This document shows positions 51,813 through 63,157 of a stretch of DNA of 64,000 bases, in pieces; the first letter of the stretch is position 1; every line of letters begins with the position of its first letter. The stretch spans positions 115,756,001 through 115,820,000 of the forward strand of contig NC_087437.1 in assembly GCF_036321535.1 (NCBI RefSeq), in the 5' to 3' direction. Source of the stretch: Camelus dromedarius. Taxonomy: Eukaryota. The translations under genes and the position numbers were made by a program. The notes under the pieces were generated by a model that was given only the letters and a program-made list of their open reading frames with translations, was not told the DNA's origin and made no database searches.

Positions 51813-53046
51813 AAGGTGGCCTCAGGGGCGCCCCTTCAAGTGGCGCAGTGGGTGCCGGTTTGGCGCAAAGTGGACCTTTCGCTCTGTAGCGGCTGGTGGG
51901 GAACTGGCACAGAGCTGAGAAACCCCGAATCCATGGAAATGAGAGAGGCCCTGGAGAGCAGGTGGAACTGAGGTAGGAGTTGCAAGGGGCAGGAGAGGCG
52001 AAGCCAGCGAGGAGGAGGGTGGCGTGGAGTGGGCGGAAGGGTGGGGGCCCAGCCTCCAGGCCTTGTCCAGAGCGCGCAGGGAGCCCTGGACCAGAGAGGG
52101 CCATTCCAGGCCTGAGCTGAGAGCTGCCTCAGCACCCGTGGGCACGAAAGCAAAGGCTCGCAGGGAGCTACAGAAGGGGTGTTAATGAGAGCTCTTAACA
52201 TTTCTTTCTTTCTTGGAATCCCAGGTGTGAATTTGAGGGGGTGATGTGAACTGCATTTGCCAGAGCACTGGAGCTGCTCAGCGGGGCCAGAGGCAGCTGC
52301 AGTGGGGAAAGCAGGCGTTCCTCCCCGCGTTCCTGCACGGCCCAGGACGCAAACCCCTTCTCCCCCACCTAGGGCCCCCAGCACCTGTCCAGAGCTCGCC
52401 CTGGGCCCCCAGCCATGCGCATGCACTTCGGACTCCAAGTCAGAACCCGCGCCCTGGTCCTTCAGCCTCGTGCACGTGGCTTGACCAGAGATAATGTGGA
52501 GGGAATAGCTGCTAACTGTGAAGTGCTGTACAGCATGCAAAAGGACGGGACGAGCGGCACCAGGGAGCTTGATGATTTACTTGACTTATTTTCCTGTATT
52601 TTGGTTTAGAGTAAATGTGGGTCTGCAGGAAAAAGCCAGTCCCTCCACCCCCCGCCTTTTGTTCTTTCTCTCTCTCTCTCTTTCAGGAAGACGATCAACT
52701 TACATAAAACTAGCTAAGGTGCAAAATAGCCTGGTGCTGAAACATTCACCTGAAAGAAAGAACGCGTGACTGAGCTACAAGCTGGAAGGACCTGATCCCA
52801 GCAGCCCGTAGAATTTCTTGGGCACCGTTCGTGGAGGAAAGGCTGCCGTGGTGACCCAGGCTGGCATGGATGTTCCGCTGATGGGACATTCTACATTTCA
52901 GATTATATGCGAATTCTGGGGGTGGGGGAAGAGCATGTCCGGAATTTTTAGTATTTTGGGGGAAAACCCAACAGAAAAACAGGATGGATCTCAAGCTCAC
53001 GTTCAGAATCAAAAAGTGGAAGGAAACACACAGAAATGTTAATAGG

Positions 53047-54757
53047 GGTTTCCGGGAGAAGTTGGCGGAGTAGAAGGATGCTCGCAGGTCACCCTCTCCC
53101 ACAAATACACCAAGACCCACATCTACACCAAGACCCACATCTACAGACCCACTCAGCCAACCAGAGCACCTGTGGAACTCCGACAGAACATCGCCCTCTT
53201 CAAAAGATAAAGACGCCAAAAATCTGGTAGGAGAAAAGGAAAAAAGAAAGAACAAAAGGCAAAGCAGCGCGGGACGGGTCCCCGCGGGGAGGGAGCGGCA
53301 AAGGAGGACTGGCGCTCGCTCGCTGGGTCTCCCCTCTCCAACTGGGAGGCCAGCGGGACGGAGGGGGAGCCTCCGAGGCTCGGATCTGTACAGAGCAGCC
53401 CTTGACTAACAGAACTAAGATAAACGGGCACAGAGCGTCCCCCCGACACCCAGCCTGAGACGCGGGCCGGCAGCCACGGGCAGGGCCAGGCTGCACAAGC
53501 CGGGCGGAGGACGGAAGTGGCTGCACGGAGGCAGCCCCGGGGGAACGCAAGGGGCTGCGCGCCGTGGCTGTGGGTGCACAGGGCAGACCAACCTGGGCCC
53601 TCCATAAAACAGCAAGGTTGATGTGCTCTCGGGGGAAGGGTGCACACCCCCATCTCTGAAAACCCGCGGAAAGTTTTCGGGGGGAAGAGAGGCGGGGCGC
53701 AGGCACAGCCGCCATATCCTCCGCGCTGAGCACTCAGGCGGGGGCGGGGGCGAAACCTGCATCCGCACCGAAGGGCTTAGCAGCCTCAAAGGCCAGACTG
53801 AGACTGGCCTGCAGCCCGGGGCAGACAGGATCCTTCCATCCTGGTCCCTCAGAGAACTTGCTCCACAAAGACAAACAAGGAGCTGGGTTTTGGCTCCGAG
53901 CAGGGACAGGGCTGTCCCTCGGTCTTTCCCGAGCCGACCTGCGGAGCGCCGACCAGGGCGGAGCACCGACCAGGGCGGAGCTCGCAGCCGCACAGAGAGT
54001 GGAGCTACCGGCGGCGCAGGTAGAGGGAGAGCGGCCGCCCCGCCTTTCGGGCAGGAACACAGCTCCTGACGGAGGTGCTGGGAGGGGGCACGACCCACCC
54101 TCCTACCTGGCCAGTCTGCAACATCTGACTGCGGCATCCGGAGGGGCAGCGACCCGCCCGCCCACAGCAGAGGAGAGCTACACCTGACCCAGTGTTAGGA
54201 GGGGGCGCGATCTGCTTGCCGACAGGTGCTGGGAGCAGCACAGAAGAGGGCGCCAACGGAGGGCCTCTGAAAACAGCAAGCTGAGCTTCCAAAACAGGAC
54301 GAAGACAGAAAGACTTCACGTTAAAAGCACACAGACTCCAGGAGAACACCGACAACCCCCCCCCCTTTTTTTTAATCTGTTTTTACCTGTTCTATTTTCT
54401 ATTACTCTCTTAATCTTTACTTCTTAATTCATTTCTATTTCTCTTGGGTTTTGATGTCCTGCTATTGATTAGACACAGGTTTCAAATACATCTATTCATC
54501 CCCTCCCCCTTTTTTTGTAAAGGTTTCAAAAGGACGTCTCAACCCGATTAATACTCTGCTTCACCTCACTCTTCTATTATTCATTATACAATGTTTTCAA
54601 ACCCTCTTTCTCCCTTCTTTTAAAATTCTTTCTCTCTCTCTTCTTTTTTTTTTCTTTTTTTTCCTAAGTTCTATTCCTAAATAGGCATCAGATAGATAAA
54701 ATCCTTAAGGACCAAAATAAACAACTGATACTCCATAAACCACAGTGCCAGAGAGGT
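53047..54757 (+). promoter_or_regulatory. L1 5'UTR / internal promoter with CpG island (about 53260-54260)
   Basis: About 75 CpG in ~1 kb by manual count. Starts GGTTTCCGGGAGAAGTTGGCGGAG. Contains short tandem duplications (CACCAAGACCCACATCTA x2 at ~53108-53143; CCGACCAGGGCGGAG x2 at ~53949-53980). Confidence 0.85.
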
Positions 54758-55660
54758 ATGAGCAAGATGAAGAAGCAGAAAAACCTTTCCCAATTAAAAG
54801 AACAAGAGAAATCCCCTGAAAGAAAGATCAACAAAATAGACATCGATAGCCTACTAGATCAAGATTTCAAAAAAGGAGTGATCGAATTGCTGAAGGAATT
54901 AAAAGAGATAGTGTTTAGAGATATAAAATATGTCAAAAATGAAATTGAAGCTATAAAGAAGAGCCAAGTAGAATGGGTAAACTCATTGACAGAGATGAGG
55001 AATGATCTAATAGCTGTGCAAAGCCGACTAGATAATGCAGAGGAACGAATTAGTGATCTAGAAGACAGGGCAATAGAAAGCACCCATTCAGAAGAACTAC
55101 AAGAGAAGCAAATAAAAAATAATGAAAATAGCATAAGGGACCTAGGGATAATATAAAGCGTCCCAATCTTCGCATAATAGGGGTCCCAGAAGGAGAAGAA
55201 AGATCAAAGGGGATTGAAAAGGTTTTTGAAGAAATCATGACTGAAAACTTCCCAAACTTAAAGAAGGAATCAGATATCCAAGTACAGGAAGCTCAGAGGG
55301 TCCCAAACAGGAAGAACCCAAATAGACCCACACCAAGACATATCATAATCAAGATGGCCAGAGTCAAGGATAAAGAAATGATTCTAAAGGCAGCAAGAGA
55401 AAAGCAAAGAGTAAGTTACAAGGGAACCCCCATAAGGCTCTCAGCTGATTTCTCTACACAAACACTACAGGCCAGAAGGGAGTGGCAAGATATATTCAAA
55501 GCCCTGAATGAAAAAAAGATGCAGCCTAGGATCCTTTATCCAGCAAGGCTATCCTTGAGGATAGAAGGAGAAATAAAGAGTTTCACAGACAAAAAAAAAG
55601 CTGCAGGAGTTTAGCAACACTAAACCCATGCTAAAAGAAATATTGAAAGGGCTATTCTAA
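54758..55660 (+). pseudogene. L1 ORF1p (RNA-binding protein), disrupted by two frameshifts
   Basis: MSKMKKQKN...RLDNAEERISDLED, then NLRIIGVPEGE and PRHIIIKM...REKQRVSYKGTPIRLSADFS...ARREW...YPARLS. A 1-bp deletion at ~55145 (CTA[T]GGGAT) and a 1-bp insertion in the A run at 55591-55599. Natural stop TAA at 55658-55660. Confidence 0.93.
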
Positions 55661-56064
55661 ATAGAAAAGCAGCAGGATGCTACAGAAATGAGAAACACAC
55701 AACTGGAAAGGTGATAACTCATGAATTACAAATAAAGTAAACATGAAATTATAAAAGAAGACATACAAATCACTGAGAGTGGGAGAGGGAGGCAGGGAAA
55801 TATAGAATATTTTTTTCTTTCTTTTTTAAATTTTTTTAACAGTAGGATGTGTTTGAGATCATGTTACTATCAGTTTAATAAAAACAGTTATAGTAATGGG
55901 TTGATAGATTTACAAAAAAGGGTAACCACAAGCCAAAAATTTACAAAGGAGTCACAAAAATTAAATAAAATCCATGATAATACAAAGGAAAATTACCAAA
56001 CCACAAAAGGAAGAAGAAAGGAACAAAGAGGATATACCAATTCAACTGCAAAGATAAGTTCAAA

Positions 56065-59000
56065 ATGGCAATAAACACACATCTATCATTAATTACTGTA
56101 AATGTTAATGGCCTAAATGCTCCAGTCAAAAGACACAGAGTGGCAGACTGGATAATAAAGCAAGAACCTTCAATATGCTGCATACAAGAGACCCACTTTA
56201 GGGAGAAGGACACATATAGATTGAGAGTGAAAGGATGGAAAAGGATATTCCATGCAAATGGAAAAGCCAAAAAAGCAGGTGTTGCAGTACTGATTTCAGA
56301 CAAAATAGACTTTAAAACAAAGGCCATAAAGAAAGATAAAGAAGGACATTTTATAATGATTAAAGGAGTGATACATGATGAGGATATTACACTCGTTAAT
56401 ATATATGCACCCAATATAGGAGCACCTAAGTACATACAAGAAGTACTAACAGAGATAAAGGGGGATATTGATGGGAATACAATCATAGTTGGAGATTTTA
56501 ACACTGCATTAACATCACTAGACAGATCTTCCAGACAGAAAATAAACAAGGCAACAGAGAAATTAAATACTACAATAGAAAAACTAGATTTGGTGGATAT
56601 TTTCAGAGCATTACACCCCCCAAAAATAGGATATACATTCTTTTCAAGTGCACATGGAACATTTTCCAGGATCGATCATGTACTTGGGCACAAAAGAAAC
56701 CTCAACAATTTTAAGAAGATAGAAATTATCTCAAGCATCTTTACTGACCACAATGCCATGAAACTGGAAATCAACAACAGAGAAACAAAGGAGAAAAAAA
56801 GGAAAGCATGGAGATTAAACAATATGTTATTGAAAAAACAATGGATCAATGAGGAAATCAAAGCTGAAATTAAAAAATACCTTGAGACAAATGATAATGA
56901 AAGCACAACCACTCAAAACCTATGGGACACAGCAAAGGCAGTGCTAAGAGGGAAGTTTATAGCGATACAGGCCTTCCTCAAAAAAGAAGAACAATCTCAA
57001 ATAAACAATTTAACCCACCACCTGAATGAATTAGAAAAAGAAGAACAATAAGCCCCAAAAAGCAGCAGAAGGAAGGAAATAATAAAAATCAGAGAGGAAT
57101 TAAATACAATAGAGATTAACAAGACCATAGAAAAAATCAACCAAACCAAAAGCTGGTTTTTTGAAAAAGTAAATAAAATCGACAAACCTCTGGCCAAACT
57201 CACAAAGAAGAAAAAAGAGAGAGCACAAATTAGCAAAATAAGAAAGGAAAATGGAGAAATTACAACAAACAAAATAGAAATACAGAATATCATACGAGAA
57301 TATTATGAAAAACTATATGGAACCAAACTGGATAACCTAGTGGAGATCAACAAGTTTCTGGAAACATACTGTCCACCAAAACTGAATCAAGAAGAATCTG
57401 AACACTTGAACAATCCGATCACTAGAAAGGAAATAGAAATAGCAATTAAAAACCTCCCTACAAATAAAAGTCCAGGACCGGACGGCTTCACCGGGGAATT
57501 CTACCAAACATACAAAGAAGAACTCATACCAGTCCTTCTCAAACTCTTCCAGACGATTGAAAAGGAGGGAATACTCCCAAACTCATTCTATGAAGCCACC
57601 ATCACCCTGATACCAAAACCAGGCAAAGACACTACAAAAAAAGAGAATTATAGGCCAATATCACTGATGAACATAGGCGCCAAAATCCTCACCAAAATTT
57701 TAGCAAATAGAATCCAACAACACATAAAAAAGATTATACATCATGACCAAGTGGGGTTCATCCCAGGGACACAAGGCTGGTTCAACATACGCTAATCAAT
57801 CAGTGTAATACATCACATCAACAAGAGAAAGGACAAAAACCACATGATCATCTCCATCGATGCAGAAAAAGCATTTGATAAAATTCAACACCCATTTATG
57901 ATAAAAACTCTCGCCAAAGTGGGTATAGAGGGAACATATCTCAACATAATAAAAGCTATATATGACAAACCTACAGCCAGCATAGTACTCAACGGTGAAA
58001 AACTCAAAAGCTTCCCACTAAAATCTGGGACAAGACAAGGATGCCCACTATCACCACTCCTATTCAACATAGTCCTGGAAGTCCTAGCCACAGCAGTCAG
58101 GCAAGAGAAAGAAATAAAAGGGATCCAAATTGGAAAAGAAGAGGTAAAAGTGTCATTATATGCTGATGACACGTTACTATATATAGAAAACCCTAAAAGG
58201 TCCACACAAAAGCTACTAGAGCTGATTGAAGAATTCAGCAAGGTAGCAGGTTACAAAATTAACATTCAAAAATCAGTTGCATTTCTTTACACTAACGATA
58301 AATCAACAGAAGAAGAAAGTAAAGAAACAATCCCCTTTAAAATAGCACCGAAAGTAATAAAATATCTGGGAATAAATCTAACCAAGGAGGTGAAAGAATT
58401 ATACACAGAAAACTATAAACCATTGATGAAGGAAATTAAAGAAGACTTTAAAAAATGGAAAGATATTCCATGCTCTTGGATTGGAAGAATCAATATTGTT
58501 AAAATGGTCACACTGCCCAAGGCAATCTACAGATTTAATGCAATCCCTATCCAATTACCCAGGACATATTTCACAGAACTAGAAAAAATCATAATAAAAT
58601 TCATATGGAACCATCAAAGACCTAGAATTGCCAAAGCATTACTGAAGAGAAAGAAAGAGGCTGGAGGAATAACTCTCCCAGACTTCAGACAATACTATAG
58701 AGCTACAGTCATCAAGACAGCATGGTATTGGTACCAAAACAGACATATAGACCAATGGAACAGAATAGAGAGCCCAGAAATGAATCCACAAACTTTTGGT
58801 CAACTCATCTTTGACAAAGGAGGCAAGAATATACAATGGAATAAAGACAGTCTCTCCAGCAAATGGTGTTGGGAAAACTGGACAGCAGCATGTAAAACAA
58901 TGAAGCTAGAACACTCCCTTACACCATATACAAAAATCAACTCAAAATGGATTAAAGACTTAAACATAAGACAAGATACAATAAACCTCTTAGAGGAAAA

Positions 59001-59862
59001 TATAGGCAAAACATTATCTGACATACATTTCAAAAATTTTCTCCTAGAAAAATAAAAGCAAGAATAAACAAATGGGACCTAATGAAACTTACAAGCTTCT
59101 GCACAGCAAAGGAAACCAGAAATAAAACAAGAAGAAAACCTACGGAATGGGAGAAAATTTTTGCAAGTGAAACCGACAAAGGCTTGATCTCCAGAATATA
59201 TAAGCAGCTCATATGACTCAATAAGAAAAAAAATAAACAACCCAATCCAAAAATGGGCAGAAGACCTAAACAAGCAATTCTCCAAGGAAGACATACAAAT
59301 GATCAAAAAGCACATGAAAAAATGCTCAATATCACTAATTATCAGAGAAATGCAAATCAAAACTACAATGAGGTATCACCTCACACCAGTCAGAATGGCC
59401 GTCATTCAATAATCCACAAATGACAAATGCTGGAGAGGCTGTGGAGAAAGGGGAACCCTCCTACACTGCTGGTGGGAATGAAGTTTGGTGCAGCCACTAT
59501 GGAAAACAGTGTGGAGATTCCTCAAAAGATTAGGAATAGACTTACCATATGACCCAGGAATCCCACTCCTGGGCTTGTATCCAGAAGGAAATCTACTTCA
59601 GGATGACACCTGCACCCCAATGTTCATAGCAGCACTATTAACAATAGCCAAAACATGGAAACAGCCTAAATGTCCATCAACAGGTGACTGGATGAAGAAG
59701 ATTTGGTATATTTATACAATGGAATACTACTCAGCCATAAAAACCGACAACATAATGCCATTTGCAGCAACATGGATGCTCCTGGAGAATGTCATTCTAA
59801 GTGAAGTAAGCCAGAAAGAGAAAGAAAAATACCATATGAGATAGCTCATATGTGGGATCTAA
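56065..59862 (+). pseudogene. L1 ORF2p (APE endonuclease, reverse transcriptase, C-terminal Cys-rich domain), disrupted
   Basis: NVNGLN, CCIQETH, GDFN and SRIDH endonuclease motifs; [15 protein letters not shown] and YADD RT motifs. Premature stops at ~57049, 57793, 59214, 59410, 59479 and 59842; frameshifts at ~59051 and ~59230. Confidence 0.95.
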
Positions 59863-60574
59863 AAAACAAAAACAAAAACAAACAAACAAACAAAAACAAA
59901 GTGTAAATAAAGGACAGAAATAGACTCACAGACAGAGAATACAGACTTGTGGTTACCAGGGGGGTGGAGGGTGGGAAGGGATAGACTGGGATTTCAAAAT
60001 TGTAGAATAGACTACACTGTATAGCACAGGGAAATATACACAAAATGTTATGATAACTCACAGAGAAAAAAATGTGACAATGAGTGTGTATATGTCCATG
60101 AAAAACTGAAAAATTGTGCTGAACACTGGAATTTGACAAAACATTGTAAAATGATTATAAATCAATAAAAAATGTTAAAAAAATGTTAATAGGAAACTTC
60201 TCAGAGGGGGGCTGTGGGCGATTTTAATACTCCTTTTAAACATTCTGATTTCCCCAAATTTTCTAGAATGACTTTGTATGACTTCTATCATCAGAAAGGG
60301 GAAAAAAGAGATATTTTCAAATAAAACGTTGAGACCCTTCTGGCATGTGACTTACGGAATTTAGCGCCCAGGAGCTAAATAATCGTCAAGTACTTGATCT
60401 GAAGGTGTCCCATCCCATATACCTGGCAACATAGAAGCCGAGACAGTTGCTTCACCTGAATCTAAGAAAATCGTTAAGTAAAGCCCATGGGGTGATTTTA
60501 GGGGGAGAAGCAATGGGCATACAGAGTGCCTGGGTGTCTAAGACCACTAAAAGGCGTGTGGGTTAGAGGTAAGG

Positions 60575-60780
60575 GTCTACACGCTTCTTCAGCAAAGAGC
60601 CAATAATGAGTATTTCAGACTTTGCAGGCAACATAGGTCTCTGTTGCATACTCTTTTTTTTTTCTTAACTTTTAACAATGCTTTAAAAATGTAAAATTAT
60701 TCTTTGGGTCATGGGCAGCCCAGAAGGAGGCTGTAGGCTGGATTTGACTCACTGGGCTATAGTTTGCTGAAGTCCAGGTT
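60575..60780. mobile_element. hAT MITE (MER58B-like)
   Basis: AATGAGTATTTCAGACTTTGCAGGCAACATAGGTCTCTGTTGCA...GGCTGGATTTGAC.CACTGGGCTATAGTTTGCTGA. Confidence 0.7.
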
Positions 60781-61329
60781 AGGAGGATGCTAGTAAGAAG
60801 GAGAAATGGTGGGGTGCTGGATTAAGGGAGCAGCCATGAGGGTGAAGGGGTGGCAGTGGACGTGGGGCTGAATAAGGAGTAAAGCTGACATAATTTGGAG
60901 ATTAGTGGCTATGGGAAGGAGTGGCCAGGTGAATGGGGGATGGCAGGGTGGTTGAGACCAGGAGGCAGAAGCAGATGTGGTTTGGGTTGTTTCAGTTTAA
61001 AGTGTCTGTGGACACCCAGGTGAGCGCTCCCCTGTGGGAAGTCAGGGGCGTGGTGTTGAAACTTATCAGTGACCTGGACTGAGCTCTAGATTTGGAGGTT
61101 GTCAGTACAGACGAGTGGAAGTGTCACTATGGGCAGGGATGCAGGCTTCCCCAGGAGACTGTGGAGTGAATAGAAAGACAGGTTCTGGAAACAATTACAA
61201 TATGAAGTCGGAAGTACAGAACCCAGAGTGGGTGCTGAGGAAAGGATGAAAGATGTGAAAAGAAGGGGGAGGGTCAGGCAGGAAGCCAAGTGGCAGGTGG
61301 GACTGGCATCTTGGGGGACAGACAAAGAG

Positions 61330-62180
61330 GGCATTTGGCACATGCTGTGGGGACAGCTGGCTGTTCACTCGAAAGAAAAATGATGAGTCCCTTCTTTACT
61401 CCACAGATCAGAATAAATTCCAAATAGATTAAGGATTTAAATGCAGAAAAAAAAAAAACTATAGAAGGAGTAGAAGATGTGAGTATTTTTATCATTCTCA
61501 GAGTTGAGAAAGCCTTTCTAACCATGATTGGAATCCAGAAACTGTTTTAGAACACTGTTATTGTTGCCAACATAAAAATTATAAATGTCTGTTAAAAAAA
61601 AGTAATAAGACAAACCATGAAAAGTATTTGCAACGCATAACATATATGTTCCCAATTTTCAAAAGCAATAAATACCCCCATGGAAAAAAATGATCAAAGA
61701 AATGAATAAGGAGTTTATAAGAGAAGAAATACACAGAGCTAAAAAGCATATGGAAGGACTGTTCAACCATGGCAAAGTAAAAGCAGTGCAAAATAACATT
61801 GTTTATCCTCTAAAGTTGGTGACATTAAAAATAAATCACAAATACATTATGTGGAGTATACGTCCTGGGAGGGGCAGTGGACTTGTGAACTTGCGTGTAT
61901 TACCAGATGTGAGAACTGGCAAAGTCTTTCTGGAGGACAGAGGGACAGGAGGTCTCACAATTTAGAAATGATTAGATGCCTTGTATGAGCAATTCTGGGT
62001 TAAGACATTTATCCCAAGAAAATTTTACAAGTGTCCATCTATTGTAGTCCAGGCACATTGCAGCCTCTTTTATAATAACAAAAAATTAGAAACAACTCAA
62101 ATATCCACAGAGCACTGGTTAAACATACTGTGGCAGATATAATCAACGGAGTACTACACGGTCATTAAAAATGATTTCCC
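61330..62180 (+). mobile_element. Ancient L1ME fragment
   Basis: AATAAATTCCAAATAGATTAAGGATTTAAATG...GAAGAAATACACAGAGCTAAAAAGCATATGG...GAAACAACTCAAATATCCA. Confidence 0.7.
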
Positions 62181-62795
62181 AGTATTTTGCGATTGGATGA
62201 ACTTCTAGTCGCACTCACTGCTGCCCGGTACTCACATCTCTCTTCCTTGTGCTACTGTTTGCTTCTTATCCAGCACTTTTCACCTTCCAGCATGAAAGAA
62301 GTTACTTATTACATTCATTTTTTTGTCTGTTGCCTCATCAGAAATGAAGTTCCCCTAGGGCAGAGATCTATGTGTGTTTTATTGGCTGTTGGATCTCAGG
62401 CCCTGGAAAAAGTACCTGGCATGCAGCATGCCCCAGCACCTATTTATTGGATGATAGGGTATGTGTTTATCAACCGGGCAGGTTGTCTATGCCACGGCGT
62501 TAAGTGGAAAAGCAGAATAAAGTGTACAGTCTACCCTGCACTCACTGCCTTCTGGCAGTTATATGTGTGTGTAGAAGAATGTCATCCAAAACCTTCATGT
62601 AGATCAGCCTCTGAGTTGCAAGTTTGTGGATGTTTTTGCTTTCTTTCATTTTTTTCTATCTAAACTTTCCCTTAATATTTCTATCATCTAAAAATCAGTA
62701 GGACACATAAAGCTATTTCTGTTTTAAATAACCAGAACAAATGCGGTGTACAGCTACTGAACCACGCCCACTGGGTTTGGTGACGGATTCACCAG

Positions 62796-63157
62796 TGCAG
62801 TGAGTTGAATGGTGTCCCCACCAAATTCATGTCCACCCGAACCTCAGCATGTGACTTTATTTGAAAGTAGAGTCTTGCTGATGTAAGTAAAATATGGATC
62901 AAGATGATATCATACCGGATTAGGGTGCGCCTCAAATCCAATTAGAGCATTCTCCCAAGAGACAGGAAAGGACATACAGAGACGCAGAGAAGGTGCTGTG
63001 ATGACAGAGGCGGGGATGGGAGTGATGCGGCCACAGGCAAGGAGCAGCTGGGAAGGCTAGAAGGTGACAGCCAAGGCGGGATTCTACCCTAGAGATTTCA
63101 GAGCGAGCGCGGCCCTGCTGACACCTTAATTTCAGACTCTGACCTCCAGAACAGTGG
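62796..63157 (+). mobile_element. MaLR LTR (MLT1B-like), 3' end missing
   Basis: TGAGTTGAATGGTGTCCCCA.CAAATTCATGTCCACCCGAACCTCAG.ATGTGACTTTATTTG...GGCCCTGCTGACACCTTAATTTCAGACT. Confidence 0.8.

Larger units (their letters stand above)
53047..60180 (+). mobile_element. Full-length LINE-1 (7134 bp, camelid/cetartiodactyl type), inactivated, antisense to KCNJ6
   Basis: 13-bp TSD AAATGTTAATAGG at 53034-53046 and 60181-60193; GC-rich 5'UTR; ORF1; ~400-bp spacer; ORF2 with endonuclease and RT motifs; 3'UTR with AATAAA at 60164-60169 and a short A tail. Confidence 0.97.

Noticed and set aside
51667..52540. 234-aa and 145-aa minus-strand ORFs in the GC-rich patch
   Set aside because: Low complexity, no homology recognised, consistent with stop-codon scarcity.
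52733..52742. TTCAGCACC REST left half-site on the minus strand
   Set aside because: No GGACAG right half follows it.
53153..54355. Long antisense ORFs in the L1 5'UTR (240, 177, 166 aa) as an ORF0 analogue
   Set aside because: Open frames occur on both strands in this very GC-rich region, mostly from non-ATG starts. There is no support without consensus-level conservation.
55941..60139. Hydrophobic minus-strand ORFs
   Set aside because: Standard antisense shadows of A-rich L1 ORF2 and 3'UTR.
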